Origin: an uncultured Acidobacteriota bacterium | GTDB taxonomy: Bacteria; Acidobacteriota; Terriglobia; Acidiferrales; UBA7541 | DNA length: 64,000 nt | NCBI GenBank assembly: GCA_963839325.1 | Contig: CAWIUO010000007.1 | Span: forward strand, 6,302-70,301 | Direction: 5' to 3' | Shown here: piece by piece, positions 18,327 to 29,865 of the stretch | How positions within the stretch are numbered: the first letter of the stretch is position 1 | Layout: each line of letters starts with the position of its first letter | Program-made: the position numbers and the translations under genes | The notes under the pieces: generated by a model | What the model saw: the letters and a program-made list of their open reading frames with translations, nothing else | What the model was told of the DNA's origin: nothing | Database searches by the model: none

Positions 18327-19604
18327 TTAATTTTCGTCGTAGCTGGTGAGGCGCTGAATGTCGGCGCCGACGGAGCGGAGTTTGTCTTCGATGCGTTCAT
18401 AGCCGCGGTCGATGTGGTACACGCGGTCGATTAGGGTAGTGTTGTCCGCGACAAGGCCGGCTAGCACGAGGCCTGCGCTCGCGCGAAGGTCTGAGGCCGT
18501 GACTGGCGCGCCGCTCAACGGCGTTGGGCCTTTCACGATCGCCAGGTTCCCGTCGATTTCGATATTTGCGCCCATGCGCATCATTTCGCTGGCGTGCATG
18601 TAGCGATTCTCAAAGATGGTTTCGCGGACCTTTGAGAAGCCTTCGGCCTGGGTAGCGAGGGCCATGAATTGCGCCTGCATGTCCGTGGCGAAGCCGGGAT
18701 ATTCCTCGGTGGTCACGTCCTGTGCGACGAGTTTTTTGGCCGCACGCACGCGCATCTTACCGTTTCCTTCGCATTTGACCTCAACGCCGCACGCGCGCAG
18801 TTTTTCGATCACGGCGCTCAGATGCTTCGGCTCGCAGGATGTGAGCAGCAGTTCGCCTCCGGTGATCGCGCCTGCGACGAGGAACGTGCCCGCTTCGATT
18901 CGATCCGGGATGATGGCGTGGGTAGCGCCATGCAGAGTTTTCACGCCCTGAATGCGCAGCGTGGAAGTGCCGACGCCGTCGATCTTTGCGCCCATCTTGA
19001 TGAGCAATTCGGCGAGGTCGGTGACTTCCGGCTCCATTGCGGAGTTTTCGAGAATGGTTTCGCCTTCGGCAAGGACCGCGGCGGTAAGGATGTTTTCCGT
19101 GCCAGTGACAGTAATTTTCGGAAAACGAAAAGTTGTGCCGCGTAGGCGTTTTGCTTTCGCTTCCACGTAGCCGTGTTCGACGGTGGTTTCTGCACCGAGT
19201 GCCTCAAGAGCCTGAATGTGAATATCGACGGGCCGCGCGCCAATCGCGCAACCTCCCGGTAGCGAAACGCGAGCGTGGCCGAATCGAGCAACGAGCGGGC
19301 CCAAGGTCAAGATCGACGCGCGCATCGTTTTCACAAGTTCGTAGGGAGCTTCGTGCATCGAAACGTTCTGCGCCTGGATGATGAATTCGCTGGGCGGCAG
19401 GTCCGGGCTTTCCACGCGGCAGCGCATGTGCGCCAGCAGCTTGGCCATCGTGATGATGTCCCGCACGCGCGGAATATTTTGCAGCACCACGGGATCGGCG
19501 GTGAGCAGGGCCGCAGCCATTGCGGGAAGTGCCGCGTTTTTCGCGCCGCTGATTTGTACCGTACCGTTCAGCTTACGGCCGCCGTGAATTTGAAACCGGT
19601 CCAT
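18327..19604 (-). CDS. murA: UDP-N-acetylglucosamine 1-carboxyvinyltransferase
   Basis: [27 protein letters not shown]... with full-length MurA similarity. I chose the internal ATG at 19604 of ORF 18327..19712. Confidence 0.9.
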   Translation of the reverse strand: MDRFQIHGGRKLNGTVQISGAKNAALPAMAAALLTADPVVLQNIPRVRDIITMAKLLAHMRCRVESPDLPPSEFIIQAQNVSMHEAPYELVKTMRASILTLGPLVARFGHARVSLPGGCAIGARPVDIHIQALEALGAETTVEHGYVEAKAKRLRGTTFRFPKITVTGTENILTAAVLAEGETILENSAMEPEVTDLAELLIKMGAKIDGVGTSTLRIQGVKTLHGATHAIIPDRIEAGTFLVAGAITGGELLLTSCEPKHLSAVIEKLRACGVEVKCEGNGKMRVRAAKKLVAQDVTTEEYPGFATDMQAQFMALATQAEGFSKVRETIFENRYMHASEMMRMGANIEIDGNLAIVKGPTPLSGAPVTASDLRASAGLVLAGLVADNTTLIDRVYHIDRGYERIEDKLRSVGADIQRLTSYDEN

Positions 19605-19608
19605 GTGT

Positions 19609-20532
19609 TTAGCCCCGACCTTTCTTGGGATGCTGAGAGCGTATAAGCGATTCAATGGCCAATCGCGCGTTACCGCTTGTGCCTGCCAGCGCGCGCTTTG
19701 CACTGGAAGCATTTACGCCGGATTTGAGCATCACGATTGCGGTGGGCAAGTCGTGTCCGGTCTGACGCAGAGCGTGGGCCGCTGTGGACGCGGACGCACC
19801 CGTAGCTTCCCGTAGGATTCGAGTGCCGCGGCGTTCTAACTTCTGATTTGTGAGCGTCAGGTAGATCATCCAGTTCTCGTAAACCCTGCCGAGCTTCACC
19901 ATCGTCGCTGTTGAGAGCAAGTTCAGCACCATTTTTTGCGAGGTTCCCGCTTTCATCCGAGTCGAGCCCGCAACCGCTTCCGGGCCAGTGTTCGGCGAAA
20001 TCGCGATATCTGCCAGGCGCGCCAACGGCGAACGACGATTCGACGTCACGCCGACGGTGACCACGCCAACTTTCCTTGCAGCTTTCAGCGCGCCGAGCAC
20101 GTAAGGCGTTGTGCCGCTTGCGGCAATGCCGACGACCACGTCACGCCTGGTCAGCCCGGCTTTAAGCAAATCCTTAGCGCCGTTCGAATTTGAATCTTCC
20201 GCGCCTTCTACCGCACCTTGCAACGCTCGCCTTCCGCCGGCGATGAGTGCGCGCACTACCCGTCGCGAAGTCCCGAACGTTGGAGGAATCTCAGCCGCAT
20301 CGAGAACGGCGAGCCGGCCGCTCGTCCCTGCGCCCACGTAAAACAGCGTTCCGCCGGTTTTCAGTGACGCGACGATCGCATCCACCGCGCGCGCAATCGC
20401 TGGTAGCTCGCGCCGCACAGCCAGAGCGACAGTTGCGTCCTCATGATTCAGTGCGCGAACAATGCCGAGCGAACTCTTCAAATCCAAACCGCGCGTCCGC
20501 GGGTTTCGCTGTTCCGTCTTCAGGTGTTTCAA
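19609..20532 (-). CDS. murQ: N-acetylmuramic acid 6-phosphate etherase
   Basis: SIS-domain protein with [32 protein letters not shown] and a C-terminal UBA-like tail, typical of MurQ. Confidence 0.85.
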   Translation of the reverse strand: MKHLKTEQRNPRTRGLDLKSSLGIVRALNHEDATVALAVRRELPAIARAVDAIVASLKTGGTLFYVGAGTSGRLAVLDAAEIPPTFGTSRRVVRALIAGGRRALQGAVEGAEDSNSNGAKDLLKAGLTRRDVVVGIAASGTTPYVLGALKAARKVGVVTVGVTSNRRSPLARLADIAISPNTGPEAVAGSTRMKAGTSQKMVLNLLSTATMVKLGRVYENWMIYLTLTNQKLERRGTRILREATGASASTAAHALRQTGHDLPTAIVMLKSGVNASSAKRALAGTSGNARLAIESLIRSQHPKKGRG

Positions 20533-20551
20533 CGGCCGCCTCAGTCGTCCT

Positions 20552-23538
20552 TTAAGTATAACGGGTGGCCTTGCGGGGAATCAGCAGGTAGGGTGAATTT
20601 GAGGGAGATTGTGCCGCAGAAGTTATCGAGGCAATCGTAGGCGCGGCGGCGAGGCCGAGGGACGTGATTACGGCGTCGTGAAGGGCGGGGCGGACCTGCC
20701 GGATTTTTTCGTTGGCGCGGGTCGGATTCACGCGATTCGTAAGTAAAACGACGAACAGGTCGCGTTCGGGATCGATCCAGATGGATGTGCCGGTAAAGCC
20801 CGTATGCCCAAAGGCGCTAGGGGATAGCAGGTGCCCAGCGGATGAGTTCGGAGGCGTGGGCACGTCCCAACCGACGGTTCGTGCAGATTCTCCGATGGCG
20901 ACGCGCGTGGTGAACTGCTGGATCGTCGAGCGATTCAGGAGCCGCTTGTAGTTGTAGATGCCGCCGTTGAGCAGCATCTGTGAAAAAATCGACGCGTCCT
21001 TCACGCTGCTGAAAAGGCCCGCGTTCCCAGAAACGCCGCCCATCGCGAAGGCGTTTTCGTCGTGCACTTCGCCCTGAAGCAGGCGATTCCGGTAGGTGGT
21101 GTCGTTCTCCGTAGGCGCGACGCTAGACCGCATCGCTTTGGGCGGGTTGTACATGGACTCGTCCATTCCGAGCGGGTCGAAGATATTTTCCTTGGCGTAC
21201 TCGTCGAGCGTTTCGCCGGTGAGGCGCTGGATGATTTCGCCAAGAGTAATGAAATTCAGGTCGCTGTATTCGACCTGTGCGCCGGGTTCATGAATCAGCG
21301 GCTCTGCAATCACGAGCGAAACGATCGACTCGTAATCCTTCCCCACTTTGTAGAAGTCGCGATGCGCGGGCCAACCCGAATCGTGGAGCATCAGCATGCG
21401 CACCGTGACGCGTGAGCGCCATGTGGGATCGGGATCGGATTTTGCGTAATCGGCGAATTCGGGAATGTATCGCGCGACGGGCAGGTCGAGGTTCAAGCGT
21501 CCTTGCTGAACGAGCAGCATCACGGAGGTTGTGGTCACGACGACCTTGGTCAGCGAAGCCATGTCGTACATCGTATCCGGCGTGACTGCTGGGGAATCCG
21601 GGTCGCGCGTAAGATGACCGGCCGCGTGAACGGCCCATTGCGATTTGTATCCGACTGCAACAACGGCGCCAGGGAACGCATCGTCGGCCACGCCCTTGTC
21701 CACCACGTCGAAAGCAGGCTTCAGCCTATCCACCATTTCGGGTGGGGCGGGTTGAAGGGTCATCGCGGTGGCGGGAAGCTGAATGCCATCGCCGCGTTTG
21801 ACCGTGCCGGGAACGGTGACGGGGATTTGGCCCTGGATCGGAACCTGGCCAAACATCGCGCGGACGGCTGCCCGCTGCGACACGTCGTTCGTTGAAAATT
21901 CGGCGAGCCACGTCGGTGCGTCGGGAAAACTCGAAATCAAATAGGGACTACCGAAGGCCACGACCACCACAGGCTTTCCTGCGGCGAGCATCTGCGTGAC
22001 CACCGCGCGCTGGTCCGCCGGGAACGCGATGTCGCCTTTGCGATCCGCCACACGCACGAAGAGCGCGGCGATCGCTACATCGTAGCTGTCTGGCGGCGGT
22101 AGCTTCAGGCAGGCGGCGCTGACGAATTTTGTGTCCGCGCGCAACGCCGTAAGCGAACTCACGCGTCCGCGGATTTCCGGCTCGATCGTTTCGCCGGGAT
22201 AGGGGTCGGCATCGGCGCTGAGCGATACGAGCAGCACGCGCAATGGCTTGGTTGAATCGAGCGGCAAGATCTTCGGCGTGTCGCGGAGGAGAGTGACGCC
22301 GCGGTCGGCGATCTTCTGCGCTTCTTCTGCAAACTGGGGCCGGCCGAACTTTTGATCGATCTGCTCGACGTTCGTGAAACGCGATTTATCGAGACCGACG
22401 CGCGCTTTCGCGGAAAGAATGCGGCGCACGGATTCGTCGATGCGCTTTTCGGAAATGCGGCCTTTTTTGACGGCGCGAAGAAGGCCCGCCATTGCCGCGT
22501 CTGGAACTGGTGGCATCAGGAGCACGTCCGCACCTGCGAGGACCGAACGCACCGCGGCTTCGCCCGGCGGATACATGGAGGTAACGCCGCCCATGTCCAT
22601 CGCGTCGGTGATGATGAGTCCTTTGAATTGCATTTCGCCGCGAAGCAAACCTGTGAGCACGGCGCGCGAAGTGGTCGCCGGCGTATCGGGGTCAGGCTCG
22701 AAAGCTGGAATCGCAAGATGGCCCGGCATGATCGAACTTGTGCCCGCGGCGATCGCGGCGCGGAAGGGAACGAGTTCATTGCCTTCCAGCTCATCGCGGT
22801 CGCCGGGAACAGTGGCGAGCGAAAGGTGCGAATCGACGCTCACGTCGCCGTGACCGGGGAAATGCTTTGGCGTCGCGATGGCGCCATTTTCCTGGATGCC
22901 TTTCACTTCCTGGGACACGTATTCGGCGACGAGCAGCGGATCTTCGCCGAAGCTGCGGATATTGATGATCGGATTGTCGGGGTTGTTGTTCACGTCGGCG
23001 TCGGGCGCGAAGATCCACTGCACTCCGGCCGCGCGCGCTTCAATCGCCGTAATTTTCCCAGCGGTGTAAGCAAGCTTCGGATCGCCCGTCGCGCCGATCG
23101 CCATGGCCGAAGGGAATGAAGTGCCTCCGTCGAGGCGCATGCGCGTGCCGCTTTCGAAATCGGCGCCAATCAGCAGCGGAACTTTCGCTCGGCGCTGAAG
23201 TTCGTTGGTGAGAACGGCTGTAGCATAGACCTGGCCGCGCTGAATGCCGAGCGGGCCGCGCGTAGTCCCAGCGATGAATCCGCCGACGGAATTGACGGTC
23301 ACCTGGTGCAGGAGATTTTTGTATTCCTCGCTTTCGGCGGACGTGAAAGACGCCGAAATAGAGCGGCATCAACATCTGGCCGATCTTTTCGCGCAACGTC
23401 ATTTTGCGCAGCGTCGATTCCACCCAGGGATTCGTGCGTGGCGTTGCGGCAGATTTTTTTGCGGGCTTTTTTTGCGAGTGGGCTGTCGAAGTCATGAGCA
23501 AGTAAAAGGGCTAGCGAGAAAAGCCCAAATTTGCGCAT
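20552..23538 (-). CDS. fusion protein: GH3 beta-N-acetylglucosaminidase (NagZ-like) plus a serine beta-lactamase-fold hydrolase (AmiE/AmpH-like); 1-2 frame breaks near the 5' end
   Basis: GH3 motifs: KHFPGHGDVSVDSH, GLIITDAMDMGG. C-terminal domain: SLTK (SxxK) and HTGFTGT. The N-terminus (signal-like MRKFGLFSLALLLA, then WVESTLRKMTLREKIGQM) lies in other frames, with shifts near 23346 and possibly near 23500. Confidence 0.75.
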
Positions 23539-23630
23539 CGAAACCATCCGTGGCGTTGCATAATTGCGCTGTGAAACCGCACTTTTGTATAACACACGGT
23601 TTTCGGCGCAACAACGAATCAGGCTCGCAG

Positions 23631-24896
23631 GTGTTCCGTAATCGTTCTCTTTTGATTCTCGTCGCTGTGTTCTTGGTGTCTGCGGCGGTGTGCTCTTGCG
23701 GGTGGTTGACGGCTCGCGTGAGCGCGGATCGGGGCGACATTGGCGGCATCGCAGCTGCGGAGGCACGGACGCGAACTGGAATTGACGTGCTCGAAGAGGA
23801 GCAGTTTGCGCCTCTGCGCGGGAAAAAAATCGGGCTGATTACGAATCAAACGGGTGTGGATTCGGAGGGGCGCCGGACGATTGATGTGCTCGCGCACGCG
23901 GATGGCGTGAAGCTGGTTGCGCTCTTCAGCCCGGAACACGGGATTGCCGGAAAGCTCGATCAGGATCGCGTGGACAACTCGAAGGATGCGGCGACGGGGC
24001 TGCCGGTTTTCAGTTTGTACGGCGCATCGCGCAAGCCCGGGGACGAGCAACTCGCCGGCTTGGATGCGCTGGTGTTCGATATTCAGGATGCCGGAGTGCG
24101 TTTTTACACCTACACCGCGACGATGGGCTACTGCATGGAAGCGGCGGCGAAAAATCACGTCGCGTTTTATGTGCTGGACCGGCCGAACCCGCTGGGCGGC
24201 GAGAGAATCGAAGGGCCGGTGCTTGATCACGACAAGACGGCGTTTGTCGCGTATTTCCCGATGCCAATTATTTACGGGATGACGCTGGGCGAGCTGGCGC
24301 AGATGTTCAATGCTGAAAATAAAATTGGGGTGGAGCTGCACGTTGTGAAGATGGAGGGCTGGAAACGCAGCGAGACCTACTCTGCAACGGGTCTCGCGTG
24401 GATTCCTCCGTCGCCGAATCTGAGGACGGTAGCGGAGGTGCTGCCGTATGCGGGGATTGAGATTCTGCAGGCGGGAGGAGTTTCGGTCGGGCGCGGAACG
24501 GGGACGCCGTTTGAGATTGTGGGTGCGCCTTGGGTGCACGGAGAGGATCTGGCTTTAGCGCTTACGCGACAAAGCATTCCGGGCGTGGCGTTCAGGCCTG
24601 CACGGTTCACGCCGACGTCAGATCTTTACAAGGGGCTGGTGTGCGAGGGCGTCGAGGTGAAAGTGACGGACGGTGCTGTATTCGAATCGGTGAGAACTGG
24701 GATGGAGATTGCGGAAGCGCTCGGCACGTTGTATCCCGAGAAATTTCAGATTGCGAAGATGATCGTGCTGGTCGGGAACACGGCGACGGTTGAGGCGCTG
24801 CAGAAAGGCGAGTCGCTGGCGACGATCGTCGCGAGTTGGGCGGCGGCGTTGAAGGAGTTTCGCGCGATGCGGGCGAAATATCTCATTTATGAGTAG
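23631..24896 (+). CDS. DUF1343 / exo-beta-N-acetylmuramidase NamZ (YbbC)-like protein
   Basis: GLITNQTGVD, LFSPEHGI, LVFDIQDAGVRFYTY, VLDRPNP are typical DUF1343 blocks. GTG start at 23631 followed by a signal/TM segment. Confidence 0.75.
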   Translation: MFRNRSLLILVAVFLVSAAVCSCGWLTARVSADRGDIGGIAAAEARTRTGIDVLEEEQFAPLRGKKIGLITNQTGVDSEGRRTIDVLAHADGVKLVALFSPEHGIAGKLDQDRVDNSKDAATGLPVFSLYGASRKPGDEQLAGLDALVFDIQDAGVRFYTYTATMGYCMEAAAKNHVAFYVLDRPNPLGGERIEGPVLDHDKTAFVAYFPMPIIYGMTLGELAQMFNAENKIGVELHVVKMEGWKRSETYSATGLAWIPPSPNLRTVAEVLPYAGIEILQAGGVSVGRGTGTPFEIVGAPWVHGEDLALALTRQSIPGVAFRPARFTPTSDLYKGLVCEGVEVKVTDGAVFESVRTGMEIAEALGTLYPEKFQIAKMIVLVGNTATVEALQKGESLATIVASWAAALKEFRAMRAKYLIYE

Positions 24897-25863
24897 GCCG
24901 AAGCCAGAGCGGATCTGTTCGTTGCTGCCGTCGGCGACGGAGATTTTATTCGCGCTGGGGTGCGGCGAGCGCGTGGTAGGAGTTACCCACGAATGCGATT
25001 TTCCTGAAGAAGCGAAGGAGAAGCCGCGGCTCATCCGGCCGCGCGTTGATCCAACGGCAGATCCGAGAGAGATTGACCGGCAGGTGCGGGCGCTGGTGGA
25101 CGCCGGGCAAAGCATCTATGGCGTCGATGCGGATTTGCTCGAATCGCTCAGTCCGGATTTGATCGTCACGCAGGATTTGTGCCACGTTTGCGCGGCCTCG
25201 CCTGAGGATTTGGGTGCGGCGCTGGCCCGGATCGCGCGGCGGCCGGAAGTGCTGACGCTGACTCCGCACACGCTGGAGGATGTGTTCGGCGACATCGAGC
25301 GCGTGGGGCAGGCGGTGGGTGAGCGAGAACGCGCCGATGAACTGATCTCTAAGTTGCGCGGGCGAGTTGAGGCAGTGGGTCATCGGGTGTTGCAGAGCGG
25401 TGCGGCGCCGGTGCGTGTGCTGTGCCTTGAATGGCTGGAGCCATTTTACGTGGCGGGGCACTGGGTGCCGGAGATGGTGGCGCAGCCGGAGGCGTCTGAT
25501 GTGTTCGCGAGCGTGGGCCAGAAATCGATTCGCGTGACGTCCGAGGAAATCGCCCGGTGCGCGGCGGACGTGATGATCGTGATGCCGTGCGGTTACGGCG
25601 CCGAGCGGGCCGCTCGGGAATTCAGCGAGATGCGGCTTGCTGAACGCTGGGCGGAGATGCCCGCTGTGCGCAACGGCCGCGTGTTCGCGATCGATGCTAA
25701 TTCATATACGGCGCGGCCCGGACCGAGGCTCGTCGAGGGAGTTGAGATGATGCTGGCGATGTTTCACCCGGAGTTATCAACCGCGAAATTCAGCGCGAAA
25801 GTTTTTCGTTCGATTACAAGGGTGAAGACGGCCGCGCACGCACGGAGCGCGCGATCAGATTGA
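24889..25863 (+). CDS. BtuF/FecB-like periplasmic-binding-fold protein without an obvious signal peptide
   Basis: ICSLLPSATEILFALGCGERVVGVTHECDFP and LSPDLIVTQDLCHVC are characteristic of class III substrate-binding (cobalamin/iron-siderophore type) proteins. Confidence 0.6.
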   Translation: MSRPKPERICSLLPSATEILFALGCGERVVGVTHECDFPEEAKEKPRLIRPRVDPTADPREIDRQVRALVDAGQSIYGVDADLLESLSPDLIVTQDLCHVCAASPEDLGAALARIARRPEVLTLTPHTLEDVFGDIERVGQAVGERERADELISKLRGRVEAVGHRVLQSGAAPVRVLCLEWLEPFYVAGHWVPEMVAQPEASDVFASVGQKSIRVTSEEIARCAADVMIVMPCGYGAERAAREFSEMRLAERWAEMPAVRNGRVFAIDANSYTARPGPRLVEGVEMMLAMFHPELSTAKFSAKVFRSITRVKTAAHARSARSD

Positions 25864-27324
25864 GTCCGTGGAACTGGCGACGGTGTTGGAAGCCCAAGCG
25901 CGGTAGAAGAGAAGGCCGCTGAGGATGAGCGCCAAGCCGATTGAAGAGCGGATCGGGCGCTCGATCAATATATTCACCGTGAGGGCGAGCGCGCCGGCGA
26001 CGAACAGCGCTGGAACTACAGGGTAGCCCCACGTGCGGTAGGGGCGGGGCAGCTGGGGTTCGATGCGGCGCAGCCGGAACATCGCGACGACCGAGAGCGC
26101 GTAGAAGATCCACGCGGCAAACACGAAAAGCGAAGTTAAGTCCTCGAACGTTCCGGTGAGAGCCATCAAGCAAGCGAGAACTCCCTGAAACACCAGAGCA
26201 CCCGAAGGCGTGCGGAATTTCGGGTGGACGACTCCGGTGACGCGGAAGAACAGGCCGTCGCGAGCCATTGCGTACGGAACGCGCGCGCCACTCAAGAGAG
26301 ATGAATTCAACGTACCGAGCGCGGACACAACCATCGCGAGGGTGATCCATTTCGCGGCGCCGCTACCGGCGAAGCTCACCACCACGTCCGACGCGACGTG
26401 CGCTGAGCCTGCGACCGCGGCGAACGGAAGCACGTAGTAGCATACGGCGTTGAACAGGACGTAAATTCCCATCACCAGCAGTGTGCCGCCGATTAATGCG
26501 CGCGGAATGTTGCGCTGCGGGTCGGCAATTTCCGAACCGACGCGATTGAGATCTTCCCAGCCGTCATAAGCCCACAGCGCAGCGGCTAGCGCTGTGAGAA
26601 ATGCGAGGAACGTGCTGCTGGATGCTTGCACCGGCCACCACGGATGAAACCGATCGGGGTTTGCGTGGCTGAACAGGAAGCCCGCGCAGACAATCGCCAG
26701 CACGGCGAAGACTTTGGTGATCGTGAGTGCCACTTGAACGCGGCCACCGAGGCGGACGCCGAGGTAGTTGATGAAGGTAAAGATGGCGAGAGCTGCGACG
26801 GCGAAGGGTTGCGCCCACGTGAAGACGAAGTTGTAAGGCGTACTCGAAAAGGGAACTGCGATCTTCCATGTAAATATCGGCGCAGCGACTGCGGGAATCA
26901 GAAAACTGGTAAAACGCGCCAGACCGGCGGCGATCGACGCGGCCGAGCTAGACTCGCCGATCGTGGAATGCATCCAGCCAAAGAGAAATCCGAAAACAGG
27001 CCCCAGGCCGCGCCGAAGATACGCGTACTGGCCTCCGGCTTTGGGAAGGGCCGCGCCAAGTTCCGCAAAAGAAAGCGCGCCGAAAAGCGAGAGTAGTCCG
27101 CCCGCGATCCAAGCGGCATAGACGACGCTGACCGATCCGCCCACCGCCGCCATCTCGCTCGGCTTCAGGAAAATGCCGGTGCCGATCATCGTGCCGACAA
27201 CGATCGCCCCGGCCGCCCAAGGCCCGAGCGCGCGGACGAGGTCCAGCCGATGTTGTGGAGCCGGTTGCTGTTCGCTTTCGATCGAAAGCCTCCAAGCCGC
27301 GAATGCGTCCGGATAGATTGCCAC
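25855..27324 (-). CDS. APC-family amino acid permease
   Basis: 489 aa, about 12 TM segments, N-terminal GTGIFLKPSE motif. Confidence 0.8.
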   Translation of the reverse strand: MAIYPDAFAAWRLSIESEQQPAPQHRLDLVRALGPWAAGAIVVGTMIGTGIFLKPSEMAAVGGSVSVVYAAWIAGGLLSLFGALSFAELGAALPKAGGQYAYLRRGLGPVFGFLFGWMHSTIGESSSAASIAAGLARFTSFLIPAVAAPIFTWKIAVPFSSTPYNFVFTWAQPFAVAALAIFTFINYLGVRLGGRVQVALTITKVFAVLAIVCAGFLFSHANPDRFHPWWPVQASSSTFLAFLTALAAALWAYDGWEDLNRVGSEIADPQRNIPRALIGGTLLVMGIYVLFNAVCYYVLPFAAVAGSAHVASDVVVSFAGSGAAKWITLAMVVSALGTLNSSLLSGARVPYAMARDGLFFRVTGVVHPKFRTPSGALVFQGVLACLMALTGTFEDLTSLFVFAAWIFYALSVVAMFRLRRIEPQLPRPYRTWGYPVVPALFVAGALALTVNILIERPIRSSIGLALILSGLLFYRAWASNTVASSTDSI

Positions 27325-27410
27325 GGATTGACTGTTTTTATTCTGCGCGAACTTAGAATTTCGTTCGACAGGAGCGGCAAGGCGACAACGCCTGAACGTG
27401 GGACGAACTG

Positions 27411-28841
27411 CTATGCGTCTGTTCGAGTGTCCGGTCTAACGGCGCTGACGGCAGAGCCGATAGCGAAGGTGATGACGGTGCCGACGAGGACGTACCATGT
27501 GAACGCCAGTGGAGTGAAGAGGCGCACCAGAATCATCGTTACGAGCGCGATGGCGAAACCTACTAGAGCTCCGGTTTCATTGGCGCGCTTGTTCCACGTG
27601 CCCAGAAGGAACACGCCGAGCGTCGCGCCGTAAGTGATTGCGGCGATGGTGAGGCCGGCGACGAGAACCGGGCCCCAGTTTACCAAGCCGAGCGCGCCGA
27701 GAACGGCGCCCCAGAGCAACGTGGTGACACGCGAGCGGCCGAGCGAGCGCGCATCATCGGTTTTCCGCCTGCCGAGGTCGATGATGCTGGACGACGCGAG
27801 CGAATTCAGCGAGCCGCTGGCATTGGACATCGCGATTGCGAAAATCGAAGCGAGAAGCAGTCCCACCGCCACGATTGGCATTCGGTGCACGATAAACCAC
27901 GGGTAGATCTTGTCGGGATCGCCATCGGGAACGATCAGGGTTTCGTGCAGCCCGTAGACGTATAGCATCACGCCGATCAGCAAGAACAGCGTGAACTGGA
28001 AAAAAACAATCACGCCGCTGGCGAGCAACGCCTTTTTCGCATCGCGCTCGTTCCGCGCAGCAAGCAGCCGTTGCACCATGGTCTGGTCGGTGCCATGACT
28101 GGCCATCGTGAGGAACGTGCCGCCGATCAGTCCCGACCAGAACGTGTAGCTCTTCGTAAGGCTGAAGGCGAAATCGAAGACACGCAATTTGCCGCCTGCA
28201 GCCGCCGCGGCTTGCGTTACCTCCATCCACCCGCCGGGTATTTTGTGAAGCAACAGAAAGAACGCGCCGAGCGATCCGAGGATGTAGAGCACGAACTGAA
28301 TCACGTCGGTCCAGATGACCGCGCGCATCCCGCCTTCAAACGTGTAAAACATGGTGAGGACAGTGATAATGAGAATCGAAGTGCGATTACCGGTTCCGAA
28401 TGCCACGCTGACGACTTTTCCGATCGCCGCGATGCGGACGCCTTCGGCCAGCGCGCGTGTGCATAGAAACACGACCGCGGCGGCCGACTTCATTCGCTGC
28501 CCGAAGCGCTTCTCCAGAAGCTGGTAAGCGGTATAGAATTCCCCCTTGAAGTACTGAGGGACCAGGACCAGGCAAAGAATCACCCGCGCCACAACATAGC
28601 CCATTACAAGCTGCAGGAAACCAAGGTTGCCGGTGTAGGCGATGCCCGGCGTGCTGATAATCGTGAGAGTGGAAGTTTCGGTAGCGACGATCGAGCAGGC
28701 GAGCGCCCACCAGGGCGCCGTGCGTCCGCCGAGAAAATAGTCGCGGAGATTCTGCTGGCCTTTGCGGAAACGGGCGCCGAACGCGGTGATCCCGATGAGA
28801 TACAGAATCAGGATCGCGAAATCGAGAAGGCTGATGTGCAT
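27411..28841 (-). CDS. sodium:solute symporter (SSF) family transporter
   Basis: 476 aa polytopic protein. DYFLGGR near the N-terminus and GGMRAVIWTDVIQ are typical SSF blocks. Confidence 0.8.
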   Translation of the reverse strand: MHISLLDFAILILYLIGITAFGARFRKGQQNLRDYFLGGRTAPWWALACSIVATETSTLTIISTPGIAYTGNLGFLQLVMGYVVARVILCLVLVPQYFKGEFYTAYQLLEKRFGQRMKSAAAVVFLCTRALAEGVRIAAIGKVVSVAFGTGNRTSILIITVLTMFYTFEGGMRAVIWTDVIQFVLYILGSLGAFFLLLHKIPGGWMEVTQAAAAAGGKLRVFDFAFSLTKSYTFWSGLIGGTFLTMASHGTDQTMVQRLLAARNERDAKKALLASGVIVFFQFTLFLLIGVMLYVYGLHETLIVPDGDPDKIYPWFIVHRMPIVAVGLLLASIFAIAMSNASGSLNSLASSSIIDLGRRKTDDARSLGRSRVTTLLWGAVLGALGLVNWGPVLVAGLTIAAITYGATLGVFLLGTWNKRANETGALVGFAIALVTMILVRLFTPLAFTWYVLVGTVITFAIGSAVSAVRPDTRTDA

Positions 28842-28908
28842 TGAGCCGGGCCGCGGACGCGGAATGCTAACCGCGCGGCGGAAACAGTGTCAAGCAAGGT
28901 GAAGAGGA

Positions 28909-29865
28909 ATGGCTGAAAAAAAATCGCACGCACATAGCGGATACTTCCTGGGTTTTGACGGCGGCGGCACGAAAACCGACTGCGTGCTGGCGAATGCAGA
29001 AGGCGAGATGCTGGAGCGCGCGACGGCCGGGCCTTCGAATCCGCTTCGCGCGGGCTATGCGAAAGCGTGGTTCACGATGAGCGATGCCGCCGATCTGGTA
29101 CTGGAACGCGCTAAGCTGAAATCGACGGATATTCGCGGCGTGTGCGCGGGAATTGGAGGCGCGGGCCGGGATAGCGTGGCAAAGCGTATGGCCACGTTCC
29201 TCGAAAAGTCGTTTCCGAACGCGGCGGTTTCGGTGACGACGGATCTTGCGATCACGCTCGCGGCGGGAGTGGGCGACGGAGAAGGCGTGATCCTCGTAGT
29301 GGGTACCGGCTCGGCGGCGCTCGGTCGTGATGCGAAGGGCAAACTGGCGCGAGCAGGCGGGCGAGGCCCGTGGTTTAGCGACGAAGGAAGCGCGTTCGAT
29401 ATTGGCAGGCTTGCCGTGGCCGCTGTGGTGCGCGCCGACGAGAAGCGGGGTCCGAAGACAGCGCTTTCCGAGCAACTTTTGAAATGGCTCGGGATGAAAG
29501 ATTGGACCCGCATGATGGACTGGGTCATCAAGAATCCGGATGATGTGTTCCCGCGAATTTTTCCGCTGGTGGGAGAACTCGGCGATAAAGGCGATGCCGT
29601 CTCGCGGGAGCTACTGACCAACGCAGCGCGATCGCTTGGCGAACTGGTGAAAAGCGTCGTCGATGAACTGAAGATGCAGGATCGCCCGGTTCCCATTGCC
29701 AAAGCGGGCGGCACCATAGGGCGAAGCAAATTCTTCGACTCGGCAATCGACGCCGAATTGCACAAGATCGCGCCACACGCGCACGTGATTCCGCTGCCGA
29801 TGAAGCCAGCCGAAGCCGCCGCGCGGATGGCGATCAAGTTGGGGAAGCGAAAGCCGCATGGCTGA
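28909..29865 (+). CDS. BadF/BadG/BcrA/BcrD-type ATPase, N-acetylglucosamine-kinase-like
   Basis: FLGFDGGGTKT, VVGTGSAA, WFSDEGSAFDIG are actin-fold sugar-kinase motifs of this family. Confidence 0.7.
   Translation: MAEKKSHAHSGYFLGFDGGGTKTDCVLANAEGEMLERATAGPSNPLRAGYAKAWFTMSDAADLVLERAKLKSTDIRGVCAGIGGAGRDSVAKRMATFLEKSFPNAAVSVTTDLAITLAAGVGDGEGVILVVGTGSAALGRDAKGKLARAGGRGPWFSDEGSAFDIGRLAVAAVVRADEKRGPKTALSEQLLKWLGMKDWTRMMDWVIKNPDDVFPRIFPLVGELGDKGDAVSRELLTNAARSLGELVKSVVDELKMQDRPVPIAKAGGTIGRSKFFDSAIDAELHKIAPHAHVIPLPMKPAEAAARMAIKLGKRKPHG

Noticed and set aside
23619-24539. 306-aa minus-strand ORF opposite namZ, and similar shadows at 45384..46361, 41807..42850 and 47766..48488
   Set aside because: All overlap genes with strong family signatures on the other strand and have Arg/His/Pro-biased composition. 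They are out-of-frame or antisense artefacts of GC-rich DNA.
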